A DNA stretch of 64,000 bases from an uncultured Clostridium sp. (GCA_964625335.1 CAZVBE010000009.1:13494-77493), one strand, 5' to 3'; counted from the first letter of the stretch, positions 1-11,435 are shown. Notes: generated from the sequence alone by a model not told the origin. Translations and numbers: made by a program.

Positions 1-333
1 CTTTGTATGGTTTCCTTAAAGGGATACAGATTTATCACCACCAGATCAATGGGTTTCACCTTCAACCCCTCAAGCTGTTTCATATGCTCTTTATTACCTC
101 TTACGGCAAGCAGCCCTGCATGTATATTGGGATGCAGCGTCTTAACCCTGCCGTCCAGGCATTCGGGGAAACCGGTAACCTCGGTAATGCCTGTAACCGA
201 TACACCTGCCTGCTGCAGTGCCCTGGCGGTGCCGCCGGTTGAAACAATCTCGAAGCCTAATGCTTCAAGCCCCTTTGCAAATTCCACTATGCCTTCTTTG
301 TCCGAAACGCTGATTAATGCTCTTTTTTGCATA
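1..333 (-). CDS. purH: Bifunctional AICAR transformylase/IMP cyclohydrolase PurH, N-terminal ~111 aa only (gene runs off the window start)
   Basis: Minus-strand ATG at 331-333 preceded by GGAGG. Translation [52 protein letters not shown]... matches the MGS-like N-terminus of PurH. It is the last gene of the pur operon. Confidence 0.85.
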
Positions 334-393
334 ATGCACCTCCATGTATTTTTCCGCATACGGTTATTTTGCGGCCAAACGCCATGCCGCCTT

Positions 394-1026
394 TCATTTT
401 TCTGTCACCATTACCCTTCTTCCTTCTATCCGAAGGCAGCCCCGGCAGTACAGGTCAACCGCCCGGGGCAAAAGAGCGTGCTCAACCTGAAGCACCCTTT
501 GGGCCAGGCTTTGGGCCGTATCGTCCTGATGCACCTCCACCGCCTGCTGCAGTATTATTGGTCCGGTATCCGTCCCCTCATCCACAAAATGCGCAGTGGC
601 TCCCGAGACCTTTACGCCGTATTCGAGGACTTCCCTGTGCACCCTCTCCCCGTAATATCCCCTGCCGCAAAACGCGGGTATCAGCGAAGGATGAATGTTT
701 ATAATGGCGTCTTTGTATGTTCTCACAAAGGATGCAGACAATATTTTCATATACCCTGCCAGTACCACAAGGTCTGTTTGCCTTTTTTTAAGCTCCAGAA
801 GTATCGCATTATTGTATTCTTCATAGTCTGCAAATGCGCGGGGGTTGATCCATAAAGCCTCTATGCCGTTATTTGTTGCCCGCTCCAGCGCATAGGCCTT
901 TTCTTTGTCCGAAACCACAAGCTGCAGGTCTGCATTGTTTATTTGTCCGTTTTTCACACCGTCAATTAAAGACTGCAGGTTTGTACCCCTGCCGGATGCC
1001 AGCACCGCTATTTTAGTTTGGGCCAT
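394..1026 (-). CDS. purN: Phosphoribosylglycinamide formyltransferase
   Basis: 210-aa [25 protein letters not shown]... with the formyltransferase motifs HPSLLP-like and [17 protein letters not shown]. It overlaps purM and purH in the operon. Confidence 0.93.
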   Translation of the reverse strand: MAQTKIAVLASGRGTNLQSLIDGVKNGQINNADLQLVVSDKEKAYALERATNNGIEALWINPRAFADYEEYNNAILLELKKRQTDLVVLAGYMKILSASFVRTYKDAIINIHPSLIPAFCGRGYYGERVHREVLEYGVKVSGATAHFVDEGTDTGPIILQQAVEVHQDDTAQSLAQRVLQVEHALLPRAVDLYCRGCLRIEGRRVMVTEK

Positions 1027-2045
1027 AGTTTAACTCCTCCGGTTCCGTTGGATATCCTGCCTATCACCTTGGCCCCGTCGCCCTTGAGTTCTTCCAGAAG
1101 CCTGTCGGTATGCTCCCGGGCCACGGCCATAACAAGTCCTATTCCCATATTGAAGGTTTTGTACATTTCTTCCCCCCGGATATTGCCCAGGGTTTGAATA
1201 TACCTGAAGATAGCCGGAACGTCCCAACCGTCCAGGTATATGTCAGCCCTTAGCCCTGCCGGAATAACCCTCGGTATGTTCTCTGTAAATCCGCCCCCTG
1301 TGATATGCACTATGCCCTTCACATCCGCTGTTTTAAGGGCGCTTTCCACCTGTTTTACATAAATTCTGGTGGGTTTTATAAGTTCCTCTCCCAGGGTAGA
1401 GCCAAGGTCATCCACAAAGGTTCCTGCCGTCATCCCTCCATTCTCAAACAGGACTTTTCGCACCAGCGAGTACCCGTTGCTGTGCAGTCCGGAAGAAGGC
1501 AACCCCACCAGCAGGTCCCCTTCCTCTGTCCTGCTGCCGTCTATAATACTGTCCCTGTCCGCCATACCCACCACAAAGCCTGCCAGATCATACTCGCCCG
1601 GGCTGTAAAAGCCGGGCATTTCTGCAGTTTCACCGCCAATAAGGGCACATCCTGCCTGGCAACAGCCCTCGGCAATACCCTTTACTATATCCGAAATCTT
1701 CCCGGGCTCCAGCTTTCCCGTTGCTATATAGTCCAGGAAAAACAAAGGTTTTGCTCCCATACATGCAATGTCATTAACGCACATTGCAACGCAGTCTATT
1801 CCAACCGTATCGTGTTTGTCCATCATAAAGGCAATCTTGAGCTTGGTACCCACACCGTCGGCACCCGAAACCAGCACCGGGCTTTTATAACCGGTAAGGT
1901 CTGGCTGGAAGGCGCCTCCGAACCCTCCGATGCTGCCCATAACCCCCGGTATATGGGTTTTGGAAATATGCTGTTTTATCAGTTCCACCGCCCGGGCACC
2001 GGCGTCTATATCCACCCCTGAATCCCTGTAGGATATTGTATCCAT
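1008..2045 (-). CDS. purM: Phosphoribosylformylglycinamidine cyclo-ligase (AIR synthetase)
   Basis: ORF 1008..2138. The start is placed at the internal ATG at 2045 (MDTISYRDSGVDIDAGARAVE...), which has a GGTGGGAGGG SD. The AIRS N/C domain motifs are conserved. Confidence 0.9.
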   Translation of the reverse strand: MDTISYRDSGVDIDAGARAVELIKQHISKTHIPGVMGSIGGFGGAFQPDLTGYKSPVLVSGADGVGTKLKIAFMMDKHDTVGIDCVAMCVNDIACMGAKPLFFLDYIATGKLEPGKISDIVKGIAEGCCQAGCALIGGETAEMPGFYSPGEYDLAGFVVGMADRDSIIDGSRTEEGDLLVGLPSSGLHSNGYSLVRKVLFENGGMTAGTFVDDLGSTLGEELIKPTRIYVKQVESALKTADVKGIVHITGGGFTENIPRVIPAGLRADIYLDGWDVPAIFRYIQTLGNIRGEEMYKTFNMGIGLVMAVAREHTDRLLEELKGDGAKVIGRISNGTGGVKLWPKLK

Positions 2046-2061
2046 AATAACCCTCCCACCT

Positions 2062-3438
2062 TTAAATCGGGTATCTCCCGCTGAAGCATGCATGACAGTA
2101 CCCTGCACTGTTTCCGACTGCCTCCACAAGACCCTCAAGGCTCAAAAATCCCAGGCTGTCGGCTTCAATTTTATTCCTTATCTCTTCCACGCTGAAGTTA
2201 GCGCCCACCAGGCTGTCCCTGGAGGGAGTATCTATACCGAAATAGCAGGGATGCTGCACCGGCGGAGAGCTTACCCTGAAATGCACCTCCAGGGCCCCGG
2301 CGTTTTTGAGCATACTAACCAGATTACGGCTGGTTGTACCCCTTACTATCGAATCATCCACCATTACCACTCTCTTGCCCTTTACCATGTCATCAAGGAC
2401 ATTCAGTTTAAGGGCAACACTTATTTCACGCATTTTCTGTTTAGGCTGTATAAAGGTTCTGCCCACATACCGGTTTTTCACCAGGCCTTCCACAAAGGGA
2501 ATGCCCGAGGCTTCCGAATAGCCTATGGCGGCTGCTGTGCCCGAATCCGGCACCGATATAACTATATCGGCATCCGCCGGATGCTCCCTGTAAAGCTTTG
2601 CACCGGCTCTCCTGCGGGTCATATATATGTTTTTGCCTCCCATTACGCTGTCCGGCCTGCCAAAATATATGAATTCAAACACGCACAGACTGTTTACTCC
2701 GTTTGTCTGTACATTAAAGCTGTGCATGCCCTCTTTATCAATAACCACCACTTCGCCCGGAGCCACATCCCTTACCAGCTTTGCCCCCACCGTATCAAAG
2801 GCACAGCTTTCGGAGGACAGCATATAACAGCCATCCTTCAGCCCTATGCTTAATGGACGTATTCCGTTGGGATCCCTTACCCCTATCAGGCGGTCACCGG
2901 TCATTATTATCAGGGCATAGGCCCCCTTTATGCAGTTCATTGTTTCCTTAACGGCTTCAAGTATATTTCCCCTGTCCTTGCGCGCCACCAGGTTTGCTAT
3001 TACCTCGCTGTCCACCGAGGTCTGGAATATTACTCCCTCTTGCTCCAATTGCCCGCGCAGCTTATCGGCATTAACCAGATTACCGTTGTGGGCAAGGGCG
3101 ATGCTCCCGTTTTTATATTTCACCACCAAAGGCTGTGCATTTATTACATGGCTGTCTCCCATAGTGGAATACCTCACATGGCCGCAGGCAATACTGCCCT
3201 CTAATTCATCCAGTATCGCATCATCAAACACCTCTGACACAAGGCCCATCTGCTTGTAGTGTTTTATTCTGCCTTCCCTGGCTACGGCTATACCGGCGCT
3301 TTCCTGGCCTCTGTGCTGGAGCGCATACATACCGTAATAGGTAGTCCTGGCCAGACTCCCGCCTTCCTTACCATATATACCGAAAACGCCGCATTCTTCC
3401 CGCAGTTTATCGCTTTCAATATTTATTCCATTATGCAT
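2062..3438 (-). CDS. purF: Amidophosphoribosyltransferase
   Basis: ORF 2062..3456. The start is placed at the ATG at 3438 ([21 protein letters not shown]...), with the GGCGGGGGG SD 7 nt upstream. Ntn-hydrolase Cys, PRTase motif VDDSIVRGTTS and Fe-S ligands CxxC are present. Confidence 0.92.
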   Translation of the reverse strand: MHNGINIESDKLREECGVFGIYGKEGGSLARTTYYGMYALQHRGQESAGIAVAREGRIKHYKQMGLVSEVFDDAILDELEGSIACGHVRYSTMGDSHVINAQPLVVKYKNGSIALAHNGNLVNADKLRGQLEQEGVIFQTSVDSEVIANLVARKDRGNILEAVKETMNCIKGAYALIIMTGDRLIGVRDPNGIRPLSIGLKDGCYMLSSESCAFDTVGAKLVRDVAPGEVVVIDKEGMHSFNVQTNGVNSLCVFEFIYFGRPDSVMGGKNIYMTRRRAGAKLYREHPADADIVISVPDSGTAAAIGYSEASGIPFVEGLVKNRYVGRTFIQPKQKMREISVALKLNVLDDMVKGKRVVMVDDSIVRGTTSRNLVSMLKNAGALEVHFRVSSPPVQHPCYFGIDTPSRDSLVGANFSVEEIRNKIEADSLGFLSLEGLVEAVGNSAGYCHACFSGRYPI

Positions 3439-5621
3439 TTTATAGCCCCCCGCCAATTGGTTTCAATATCCCTCACATCCAGCCCGATTTCTTTTTGCCC
3501 GGCAACTGTAATTTCGAGTTTTTCACCCTTTACCCGGCCAAGTTCCAAGACAGGCACGTCAAACCGGCCTACGATATTTTTCAGCTGTTCCAGCTTTCCC
3601 TTTTCAACCGTAACCAGTATTCTGGATTGGGTTTCGCCAAACAGCAGGAAATCCTTGCGGCCGCAGGTTTCAAACTCCACCTCGGCTCCGAGCCCTCCCG
3701 ATATACAGCTCTCTGCAAGGGCTACCGCCATACCGCCTTCGCTGCAGTCATGGGCTGATTTCACCATACCGCTGTCTATCAGTTCAAGGCAGCAGTCCTG
3801 TAGCCTTTTTTCCTCATCAAGGTTAAGATTAGGGACACTTCCCTTTTCCAAACCATGAACAACCTTCAGGTATTCGCTGCCCCCGGCTTCTTCACCGTTT
3901 TTACCCAGCAGCACTATAATATCCCCTTCGTCCTTAAAGGCCTGGGTTGTTATATTGGCCGTGTTTTCAACAAGTCCCACCATACCCACCACAGGAGTGG
4001 GGAATACGGCATGGGTATCAGTCTCGTTATAAAAGCTTACATTTCCGCTTATTACCGGCGTATCCAGCACCCGACATGCCTCGCTCATCCCCGATACCGC
4101 CTGGCGGAACTGCCAGAATACACCGGGTTTTTCCGGGTTGCCGAAATTGAGACCATCGGTTACCGCCAGCGGTCTAGCACCGCTGCATACAAGGTTCCGG
4201 GCAGCCTCGGCAATCGCAATAGCGCCGCCCACACCCGGGTTAAGGTAGCAGTACCTGCTGTTGCAGTCGGTGGTCAGGGCTATAGCCTTGTTTGTGCCCC
4301 TGATTCTTATAACCGCCGCATCCGAGCCCGGGGCCACCGCAGTATTTGTCATCACCATATGGTCGTACTGCCTGTACACCCATTCCTTGCTGGCGATGCT
4401 GGGGCTTGCCAGCAGCTTCATCAACACCCCGTTTAAATCGGCGGGAATTTCCAGCCTGTCCGCGTCCAAAACCCTAATCTGCTCCAGATAGGAAGGCTCT
4501 TTGTATTCCCTGTGATAAACAGGGGCTTCATCGGCCAGGGACTTTGCGGGGAGTCGTCCTACCACCTGCCCCTTATCCCGTACCGTAAGAATTCCGTCGT
4601 CCGTTACCCGTCCTATTACCGAGGAATGGAGGCCCCATTTCTCAAATACTCCGGTTACCTCCTCTTCCCTGCCTTTCTCCACTATCACAAGCATCCGTTC
4701 CTGGGACTCGGAAATCATAACCTCCACCGGTATCATACCCGTTTCCCTTCGGGGCACCAGGTCCACGTCAATGTCCATGCCGCTGCCGCCTCTGCTGGCA
4801 GTTTCGCTGGAGGCTGATGTGAGCCCCGCCGCTCCCAGGTCCTGCACGCCTATCACGCAGCCGGTATCAAACAGCTCAAGACAAGCCTCCAATAGCAGCT
4901 TTTCCATAAAGGGGTCTCCAACCTGTACCGCCGAACGGTTTTCCTGGGATTCCTGGTTCAGTTCCGTGGATGCAAAGCTGGCGCCGCCCATACCATCCCT
5001 GCCGGTCGGCGCGCCCACAATCATCACGGCATTCCCCGCCCCTGAGGCGGTGCCCTTCTTAATATCCTTATGCCTTATAATGCCCACACACATGGCGTTA
5101 ACCAAGGGGTTTCCCTTATAACAATCATTGAAATACACTTCTCCGCCCACGGTGGGTATACCTATACAGTTTCCGTACCCGCCAATACCCGCCACGACAT
5201 TTTCGAACAGGTATTTTGTCCTGTCGTTATCGAGTTCTCCAAACCGCAGCGAATTAAGCAGCGCCACAGGCCTTGCGCCCATTGTAAAGATATCCCTTAT
5301 AATTCCTCCTGCGCCGGTGGCCGCTCCCTGGTAGGGTTCCACCGCCGACGGGTGGTTGTGGCTTTCTATTTTCATTACCACCGCGAGGCCGTCACCTATA
5401 TCCACTATACCGGCGTTTTCCCCCGGGCCCTGCAGCACCCTTTGACCGGAAGTAGGAAACATCCTCAACACCGGCTTGGAGTTTTTATAGCTGCAGTGCT
5501 CCGACCACATGACGCCGTACAGGTTTAATTCCAGGTTATTGGGCTGTCTGCCGAGGATGTCCACGATCCTGCCGTATTCCCCGGAGGTAAGTCCTACTTT
5601 TTCGTAGGCCTTCTTATCCAT
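3423..5621 (-). CDS. purL: Phosphoribosylformylglycinamidine synthase subunit PurL (FGAM synthase II)
   Basis: 732-aa [51 protein letters not shown]... typical of small PurL. A GAAGGGGGG SD is present. Confidence 0.95.
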   Translation of the reverse strand: MDKKAYEKVGLTSGEYGRIVDILGRQPNNLELNLYGVMWSEHCSYKNSKPVLRMFPTSGQRVLQGPGENAGIVDIGDGLAVVMKIESHNHPSAVEPYQGAATGAGGIIRDIFTMGARPVALLNSLRFGELDNDRTKYLFENVVAGIGGYGNCIGIPTVGGEVYFNDCYKGNPLVNAMCVGIIRHKDIKKGTASGAGNAVMIVGAPTGRDGMGGASFASTELNQESQENRSAVQVGDPFMEKLLLEACLELFDTGCVIGVQDLGAAGLTSASSETASRGGSGMDIDVDLVPRRETGMIPVEVMISESQERMLVIVEKGREEEVTGVFEKWGLHSSVIGRVTDDGILTVRDKGQVVGRLPAKSLADEAPVYHREYKEPSYLEQIRVLDADRLEIPADLNGVLMKLLASPSIASKEWVYRQYDHMVMTNTAVAPGSDAAVIRIRGTNKAIALTTDCNSRYCYLNPGVGGAIAIAEAARNLVCSGARPLAVTDGLNFGNPEKPGVFWQFRQAVSGMSEACRVLDTPVISGNVSFYNETDTHAVFPTPVVGMVGLVENTANITTQAFKDEGDIIVLLGKNGEEAGGSEYLKVVHGLEKGSVPNLNLDEEKRLQDCCLELIDSGMVKSAHDCSEGGMAVALAESCISGGLGAEVEFETCGRKDFLLFGETQSRILVTVEKGKLEQLKNIVGRFDVPVLELGRVKGEKLEITVAGQKEIGLDVRDIETNWRGAIKCIME

Positions 5622-6321
5622 TGATAACGCCCCCCTTCAGGTAGTTTACCATAGATTTCAAAATAACGATTCCATCTTCATTGCCCAGTATCTTCTCCAT
5701 ACATCTTTCGGGGTGCGGCATCATCCCAAGGACATTACCCTCCCGGTTGCATACACCCGCTATATTTCCGAGAGACCCGTTGGGGTTTGCCTTATCTGTG
5801 ACATGCCCCTGCGCATCACAGTACCTGAATACAATTTGATTGTTTTCTTTCATGCTTTTTAAGGTCTCATCGTCTACATAATAGTTGCCGTCCCCGTGGG
5901 CTACCGGAATTTTGAGCACCTGCTCCCCGCTGCAGAGGTTTGTAAAGGGAGTATTGGTGTTTTCAGTCTTCAAAAACACGTTATCGCATATAAACTTCAT
6001 GTTTTTGTTACGAAGCAGTGCTCCCGGCAGGAGACCCGCCTCTGTAAGAACCTGAAACCCGTTACAGATACCAATCACCGGTTTCCCGCTGTGAGCAAAC
6101 TCCAAAACGCTGTCCATAACAGGAGAAAAACGCGCAATAGCGCCGCACCGGAGGTAATCGCCGTACGAAAACCCTCCCGGCAGCACTATGCAGTCAAAAT
6201 AATTCAAATCCTTTGTACCGTGCCAGATATATTCGGTATCCTGTCCCAAAACATCCCTCAGGGCATAATAGCAGTCTGTAACACAGTTTGAACCCGGGAA
6301 AATTACTACTCCAAACTTCAT
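5614..6321 (-). CDS. purQ: FGAM synthase glutamine amidotransferase subunit
   Basis: 235-aa [24 protein letters not shown]... with the GATase triad context GICNGFQ. It overlaps the purL start. Confidence 0.93.
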   Translation of the reverse strand: MKFGVVIFPGSNCVTDCYYALRDVLGQDTEYIWHGTKDLNYFDCIVLPGGFSYGDYLRCGAIARFSPVMDSVLEFAHSGKPVIGICNGFQVLTEAGLLPGALLRNKNMKFICDNVFLKTENTNTPFTNLCSGEQVLKIPVAHGDGNYYVDDETLKSMKENNQIVFRYCDAQGHVTDKANPNGSLGNIAGVCNREGNVLGMMPHPERCMEKILGNEDGIVILKSMVNYLKGGVING

Positions 6322-6323
6322 GG

Positions 6324-6572
6324 CTATACCTCCAGTATATCGTAAGAGTAATCCTCAATTACCGTGTTTGCCAGCAGTGTTTCACACATATCCCTAACCT
6401 TTTTCTCGGCCTTGGCCCGGTCTTTTTCTTCCAGTTTAAGCTCTATAAGCTTGCCCATCCGGACATCCTTAACGCCGTTGTATTTCATAGACAGCAGAGC
6501 TTCCCTTACGGCGTTTCCCTGGGGATCGGCTATACTTTTCTTTAATGTGACAAAAACCTTTGCATAAAACAT
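6324..6572 (-). CDS. purS: FGAM synthase PurS subunit
   Basis: 82-aa [25 protein letters not shown]... It has the size and position (between purC and purQ) of PurS. Confidence 0.9.
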   Translation of the reverse strand: MFYAKVFVTLKKSIADPQGNAVREALLSMKYNGVKDVRMGKLIELKLEEKDRAKAEKKVRDMCETLLANTVIEDYSYDILEV

Positions 6573-6573
6573 A

Positions 6574-7284
6574 TTATTTCCCTCCCAAAAGTCTTTCCAA
6601 TACTTGATGGTAACTTTCCTCCACCCTTCCTAAGTCCCGTCTGAACCTGTCCTTATCCAGCTTTTCATCAGTGTGAGTATCCCAGAGCCTGCAGGTGTCG
6701 GGAGATATTTCATCCGCCAGTATCAGTTCGCCGTTATGCCTGCCAAATTCCAGTTTGAAGTCCACCAGTTTAATGCCGGCCTTTTTAAACCTTTCCTTCA
6801 GGATGTCGTTTATTCTTAAAGCCATTTCCTTTATTTTGTCAACCTCCCCGGGAGTGGCCAGCCCCATTGCCTCGATATGGTATTCATTAATCATAGGGTC
6901 GCCCAGTTCATCATTCTTGTAGCAAAACTCCAGCACGGTTACCGGAAGCGCGGTTCCCTCCTCTATCCCAAGCCTTTTGGACAGCGACCCGGCTGCAGTG
7001 CTTCTTACAAGCACCTCGATGGGTACAATTTCCACGCTTTTTACCAGCATGTTCCGATCGTCCATTTTACTGATGAAGTGGGTGGGAATCCCCCGGGCCT
7101 CAATGACCTCAAACAAATAGGCGGACATGGTATTGTTAACAACACCCTTGTCCACTATAGTACCCTTTTTAAGCCCGTTAAAGGCTGTGGCATCGTCCTT
7201 GTATTCGATTATATATTTGCCGCTTTCGGATGTCCTGTATACTTTTTTTGCTTTACCTTCATAGAGTTTTTCTAATCTTTCCAT
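6574..7284 (-). CDS. purC: SAICAR synthetase
   Basis: 236-aa [40 protein letters not shown]... It carries the SAICAR synthetase signature. Confidence 0.94.
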   Translation of the reverse strand: MERLEKLYEGKAKKVYRTSESGKYIIEYKDDATAFNGLKKGTIVDKGVVNNTMSAYLFEVIEARGIPTHFISKMDDRNMLVKSVEIVPIEVLVRSTAAGSLSKRLGIEEGTALPVTVLEFCYKNDELGDPMINEYHIEAMGLATPGEVDKIKEMALRINDILKERFKKAGIKLVDFKLEFGRHNGELILADEISPDTCRLWDTHTDEKLDKDRFRRDLGRVEESYHQVLERLLGGK

Positions 7285-7775
7285 TTCTTCGCCTCCCCCC
7301 GCACCTTGGCATCCTTTTCCTTAACTTTTTCGGCCATTTCTTCCCTGTAAGCTTTCAGTCCGGGTGCCAGTTCCGGGTATTTCAGCGCAAGCATCTGTAC
7401 CGCAAGCAAAGCTGCGTTTTCGCTTCCGTTTATAGCCACGGTGGCCACCGGTATACCGGCGGGCATCTGTACTATCGACAGAAGGGAATCCAGTCCGTCC
7501 ATGGTAGACGACTTTACCGGTATTCCTATAACCGGAACCGATGTAAGCGCCGCAAGCACCCCGGGAAGATGGGCGGCTTTTCCGGCGGCCGCAATAATAA
7601 CCTCCACTCCCGTCTGCCCGGTCTCCCTGGCGAATTCCACCGCCATATCAGGAGTCCTGTGGGCCGAAATCACCCTGACCTCCCTTTCAATACCGAAGCG
7701 GTCAAGTATCGTAATGGCTTTTTCCACAACCGGAAGGTCTGAATCGCTTCCCATTACAACTGCAACCTTTGGCAT
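7272..7775 (-). CDS. purE: N5-carboxyaminoimidazole ribonucleotide mutase
   Basis: 167-aa [23 protein letters not shown]...AHRTPD... It is the first gene of the operon, with a GGAGAGGGG SD. Confidence 0.94.
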   Translation of the reverse strand: MPKVAVVMGSDSDLPVVEKAITILDRFGIEREVRVISAHRTPDMAVEFARETGQTGVEVIIAAAGKAAHLPGVLAALTSVPVIGIPVKSSTMDGLDSLLSIVQMPAGIPVATVAINGSENAALLAVQMLALKYPELAPGLKAYREEMAEKVKEKDAKVRGEAKKWKD

Positions 7776-7805
7776 AGCATAAACCCCTCTCCTGATAAAT
7801 AGATA

Positions 7806-7841
7806 ACCCTGCCGGAGTATACAGGTGAAACCTCCGCAGGG
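7806..7841 (-). terminator. Expression-platform hairpin (putative riboswitch terminator) between the purine aptamer and purE
   Basis: Imperfect GC-rich inverted repeat ccctgccggag / ctccgcaggg. On the minus-strand RNA it is followed by the U-rich stretch UUAUCUAUUUAUC, and it lies between the aptamer and the purE SD. Confidence 0.5.
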
Positions 7842-7898
7842 TTTTGTTTACGGGGGGTACGAAATTCGTACGCAGATTTGCCAAAATACAAATCCGCT

Positions 7899-7972
7899 TT
7901 CACCCATAGTCAGGCAATTTACGGTCGCCTGGTAGAGACTTGCGGGCCAATCCCCGCCATTATATGAGTGAA
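7899..7972 (-). promoter_or_regulatory. Purine (guanine-type) riboswitch aptamer, G-box
   Basis: The reverse complement reads cactcatataatggcggggattggcccgcaagtctctaccaggcgaccgtaaattgcctgactatgggtg. This is a close match to the xpt G-box (P1 cactcata/tatgggtg, GGAU..GGCC loop, GUUUCUACC-like junction, CCGUAAAU loop, GACUAUG). Confidence 0.88.
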
Positions 7973-8001
7973 ACAAATTATTAGCTTGTCATTTCACTTT
8001 T

Positions 8002-8030
8002 ATCTTAACAAACCGCCCTATCGGTGTCAA
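8002..8030 (-). promoter_or_regulatory. Sigma-A-type promoter of the pur operon
   Basis: On the minus strand: TTGACA (rc of 8025-8030), a 17-bp spacer, TAAGAT (rc of 8002-8007). It sits about 20 nt upstream of the riboswitch P1. Confidence 0.55.
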
Positions 8031-8265
8031 TAAAAATAACGAATAAATTATGTAAAAATCATGGTTTTGTATAGTATAAACCGAACATTAGTTAGTATTA
8101 TAACTAACAATATTCGTAATATCCCATATAAACATCTGCGGACATATTTCCTGCCCAGGGTAATGCAACAAGGAACGGTTTTGGTTTTGTCGCATTCTGT
8201 CCCTTTTTCGCCCTGGAAAGGTAATATAAGGTTTAGGTTTTGCAGACGGTGTCTTCCCCGTGTTT

Positions 8266-9477
8266 TTATGCGCCGTATTTGTCAAGACGCAGGGCGTTTG
8301 ACAGCAGAAGAGGCATCAGGTGCTTGCTTTCGAAGAATCCGAGGCCGCCTATATTGCACTGGTTTTCGGTAAAGCGCACCGCATCGTCGGCCCCACTAAA
8401 CCGGGAATTCACAAGAACCGGCACCGGATGCCAGCTGTGGGAGCGCATGGGGCACGGCGATGAATGGTCGCCGGTAATGGCCAGTACGCTTGGCCTCTTG
8501 TCTAAAAGTATCGGCAGCGCTTTGTCCACTTTCTCAATCACGCTTACCTTGGTAAGGAACTCTCCGTCCTCACCGGCCTGGTCGGTTCCCTTTACGTGAA
8601 TAAAGAAAAAGTCGTACTTATTATGAAATTCTATATATGTTTTAAACAGACCTTCAATGGAATCCGGAGCGGTCAAAAGGGTCATTCCCAACAGGTCGGC
8701 TATTCCCCTGTACATGGGATAGGAGGCTATGGCTGCGGCCTCCAGTTTGTATTTCTCCTTAAAACCCGGAATCTTAGGCCTTGCCGATATACCCCTTAAA
8801 AGAATCCCGTTGGCCGGATGCTGATCCTTAATAAGGTTTCTGGCTTTATCCAAAAATTTGTTAATAATACCTGCCGTATACGCCGCCTCCTCTTTCTGTT
8901 CCCTGGCCTTAAGGGGTGCAAGGCCTTCGTTCTGTGGGTCGGTATCATATATCGCAGGGTTTAAATTGTCACCCCTCAGTATAACCACAAACCTGTGCCC
9001 CTTGCCCGGTTCAATTATTATCTCAACACCGTCTATTTCCTTTATTTGACTCAATATACCGCACAGCTGGGTTGTTTTTTCGGTGGGTATTCTCCCCGCC
9101 CTTCTGTCTGCTATCAGTCCATCGCTGTCAAGGGTGGCAAAGTTTGCCCTGGCTGCAACATCGTTATGTTTCAATGCCACGCCCAGCCCGACGGCCTCCA
9201 GCACTCCTCTGCCTATTACCACTTCCAGCGGGTCATACCCGAAAATCCCCAGATGCCCTGGACCGCTGCCGGGGGTTATGCCCGGCAAAACCGGAATGTG
9301 TCTGCCGCATACCGATTCCCTTGTAAGAGCATCAATATTGGGCGTGTTTGCGTACTCCAGGGGCGTCTTATTATCAAACCCGGGACTGCGGATATCCCCA
9401 AGCCCGTCCATTACCACCATCACCATCTTGGAATTGTTCTCCTTGATAAGGCCTTCCAGAATGTTATCAGTGTCCAT
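8266..9477 (-). CDS. apgM: 2,3-bisphosphoglycerate-independent phosphoglycerate mutase, archaeal-type (alkaline phosphatase superfamily)
   Basis: 403-aa ORF MDTDNILEGLIKENNSKMVMVVMDGLGD...ITGDHSSP... It has the cofactor-independent PGM/metalloenzyme core, and AGGAGG sits 7 nt upstream. Confidence 0.85.
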   Translation of the reverse strand: MDTDNILEGLIKENNSKMVMVVMDGLGDIRSPGFDNKTPLEYANTPNIDALTRESVCGRHIPVLPGITPGSGPGHLGIFGYDPLEVVIGRGVLEAVGLGVALKHNDVAARANFATLDSDGLIADRRAGRIPTEKTTQLCGILSQIKEIDGVEIIIEPGKGHRFVVILRGDNLNPAIYDTDPQNEGLAPLKAREQKEEAAYTAGIINKFLDKARNLIKDQHPANGILLRGISARPKIPGFKEKYKLEAAAIASYPMYRGIADLLGMTLLTAPDSIEGLFKTYIEFHNKYDFFFIHVKGTDQAGEDGEFLTKVSVIEKVDKALPILLDKRPSVLAITGDHSSPCPMRSHSWHPVPVLVNSRFSGADDAVRFTENQCNIGGLGFFESKHLMPLLLSNALRLDKYGA

Positions 9478-9970
9478 ATTCTAATCCTCCTGTTTTAATA
9501 ATCTTACCCACTGCTCCTGATTTTTATCCTTGATCGCTCTCTTGAACCCTTTTCCAAACAACTTTGTCTAGGCAGTATAGCTTGTGATATTTCTTTAGTT
9601 CCTTCCGAAAAAGTGGGGCTGAAATGCCAATAATATCAATAACAAAAAGGTGTTCTCAGCCTGATGGAGAATCTTTGATGTGGATAAAACCAAGGATAAC
9701 CGCAAAGCTTGATTGTCTCCAAGAATATAATACACTATATTTGCCAATGCGTAAATGCCATCACGCTGCCATAAAAGCGGCCTGTTCCATTGAGATTCGT
9801 ATATTTGGGTTTGTGGTAATAGCTGCAATAGATTTCTTTGCCTTGAAACTTCGCTTATTAGGAAGTACAATTAAATTGCGCCAAAAAATGTTTCCAAACC
9901 TACCGGCGGCATGCCCAAAAAATGTTATGTCATAATAACTACCTGCATTTGTAAATAAGGAGGCAAGGGA

Positions 9971-11419
9971 ATGGCAGATACCGGCGTTAAACGTGGTGCT
10001 ATACATATAAACCTGGACGAACGGAAGCTGTCTGTCATCGTTCATTCCCTGTTTTCCTCCTGGATGCTGGCCTTCCTCTTTGAGGGGCAAATACTCTATT
10101 CCCTCGCCGGCTCCTTTGACCTAAACCCTGCCGTCATGGTCTTCTGTGGAATTGCAGCTATTTTCACCGGGCTGCTGCTATGCGGGTTTCTTATCAAAAC
10201 AAAGAAGGTGGCGCGGCACTTATTCTTATGCTCCTATCCTTTTTTCGCTGTCGTCTCGGTTATCTTTTTCTTCCCGCCGTCTATATTTTGGACTCTTGGA
10301 ATGATTGCCGGCTCTTTTCTGGCCGGAGGCTGTGTAGCGGCCTGGGGTTTTTACTTAAAAAGCAGCACACCGAAAAACGAGCGTATCAAGACGGCCGCCG
10401 ATATGCTTATCTTTTCCAACATCCTTATGATTTTGCTCAACACGACAGCCATTCACCTGTCACCCCGCGTTGGGCTGGCCTCCTCCATGCTCCTGCTTTT
10501 GGGTGCCTTTTTATTTGCGCTGCGGCTTCCTGCAGGTCATGACGACGGTTCCCACGCTTCTTCCCGGCAGAAAAATAACGCAATAAGCATCACGGGGCTG
10601 CTGGCTTTTCTATGCCTCTTTATTGTGATCATCACCATCAACTCAGGGCTGATGTACCAGGTGATTAATCCTGCCTTTGCGCATCTGGAATGGCTGACAG
10701 GCTGGTATTGGGCCATTCCTTATATAGGTGCCCTTTTTATCATGAGAAACTTGCCCCGGAAAACAAACAGGGCTTACATACTCTATGTAGCCATCGCTAT
10801 GATCGGACTTTCGTTTATCGGTTTCATGACCCTTGACCGCACGGTAGCCGGCTATCTCGTGGTCAACACGCTGATGATGGGGGCCTGCGGTGTATACGAT
10901 CTGTTCTGGTGGAGCATCCTCGGTGAGATGCTCGACTTTCATAACAACCCGGCAAAAATCCTAGGCATCGGCCTTTCCGCAAATGTGCTGGGTGTGCTTA
11001 TGGGCGGGATGATCGGCAACTCCGCCGTATCCGGCGGTGGGTACAGCCTGCATCCCACGCTGCTGGCACTTACCGTGGTTTGCGTTACACTTACCCTGCT
11101 GCCGCCTTTGCATAAGCGTTTATCCTTCCTGCTCAAAGACCATGCCTATCTTACGGCATTTTTCGAAATACCTGTGCTGGAAAAAACCAGTCAGGTCGAT
11201 CGCACCCTAATGTCCGGAGGCCTTTCGAAACGGGAAAGCCAGGTCGCATCTTTGCTGCTTCAGGGTAAAACCTATCGGACGATTGCCGGTGAACTTTTTA
11301 TCAGCGAAAACACGGTGAAGTATTACATAAAAAACATCTATTCCAAATTCAATATACAAAGCCGTGCGGAATTAATTGACATCGTACTTAATAAGGAGAG
11401 TACTGCCCGGTCCGGATAG
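9971..11419 (+). CDS. Membrane-anchored LuxR-family transcriptional regulator (about 10 predicted TM helices plus a C-terminal LuxR-type HTH)
   Basis: 482-aa ORF with an AGGAGG SD. It has a long hydrophobic N-terminal region. The C-terminus LSKRESQVASLLLQGKTYRTIAGELFISENTVKYYIKNIYSKFNIQSRAELI is a classic LuxR/FixJ HTH. Confidence 0.8.
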   Translation: MADTGVKRGAIHINLDERKLSVIVHSLFSSWMLAFLFEGQILYSLAGSFDLNPAVMVFCGIAAIFTGLLLCGFLIKTKKVARHLFLCSYPFFAVVSVIFFFPPSIFWTLGMIAGSFLAGGCVAAWGFYLKSSTPKNERIKTAADMLIFSNILMILLNTTAIHLSPRVGLASSMLLLLGAFLFALRLPAGHDDGSHASSRQKNNAISITGLLAFLCLFIVIITINSGLMYQVINPAFAHLEWLTGWYWAIPYIGALFIMRNLPRKTNRAYILYVAIAMIGLSFIGFMTLDRTVAGYLVVNTLMMGACGVYDLFWWSILGEMLDFHNNPAKILGIGLSANVLGVLMGGMIGNSAVSGGGYSLHPTLLALTVVCVTLTLLPPLHKRLSFLLKDHAYLTAFFEIPVLEKTSQVDRTLMSGGLSKRESQVASLLLQGKTYRTIAGELFISENTVKYYIKNIYSKFNIQSRAELIDIVLNKESTARSG

Positions 11420-11435
11420 CACATTCAATAATCAT

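Noticed and set aside
7-855. 282-aa plus-strand ORF at the window start, plus many similar long ORFs antisense to pur genes (e.g. 1305..2021, 2092..2853, 3855..4436).
   Set aside because: They lie entirely antisense to strongly conserved purH/purN/purM/purF/purL coding sequence. They have no SD and low-complexity, Ser/Pro/Arg-rich translations typical of the reverse frames of GC-moderate genes.
9677-9685. Single perfect DnaA box TGTGGATAA upstream of the LuxR-family gene, and GGGGACACAtataCCGATTa inside the secreted protein gene (12251-12275), resembling the repeat family.
   Set aside because: Isolated 9-mers are expected by chance about once per 128 kb of two-strand sequence. The second is in-frame coding sequence (ANGDTYTDY). 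Neither is called.
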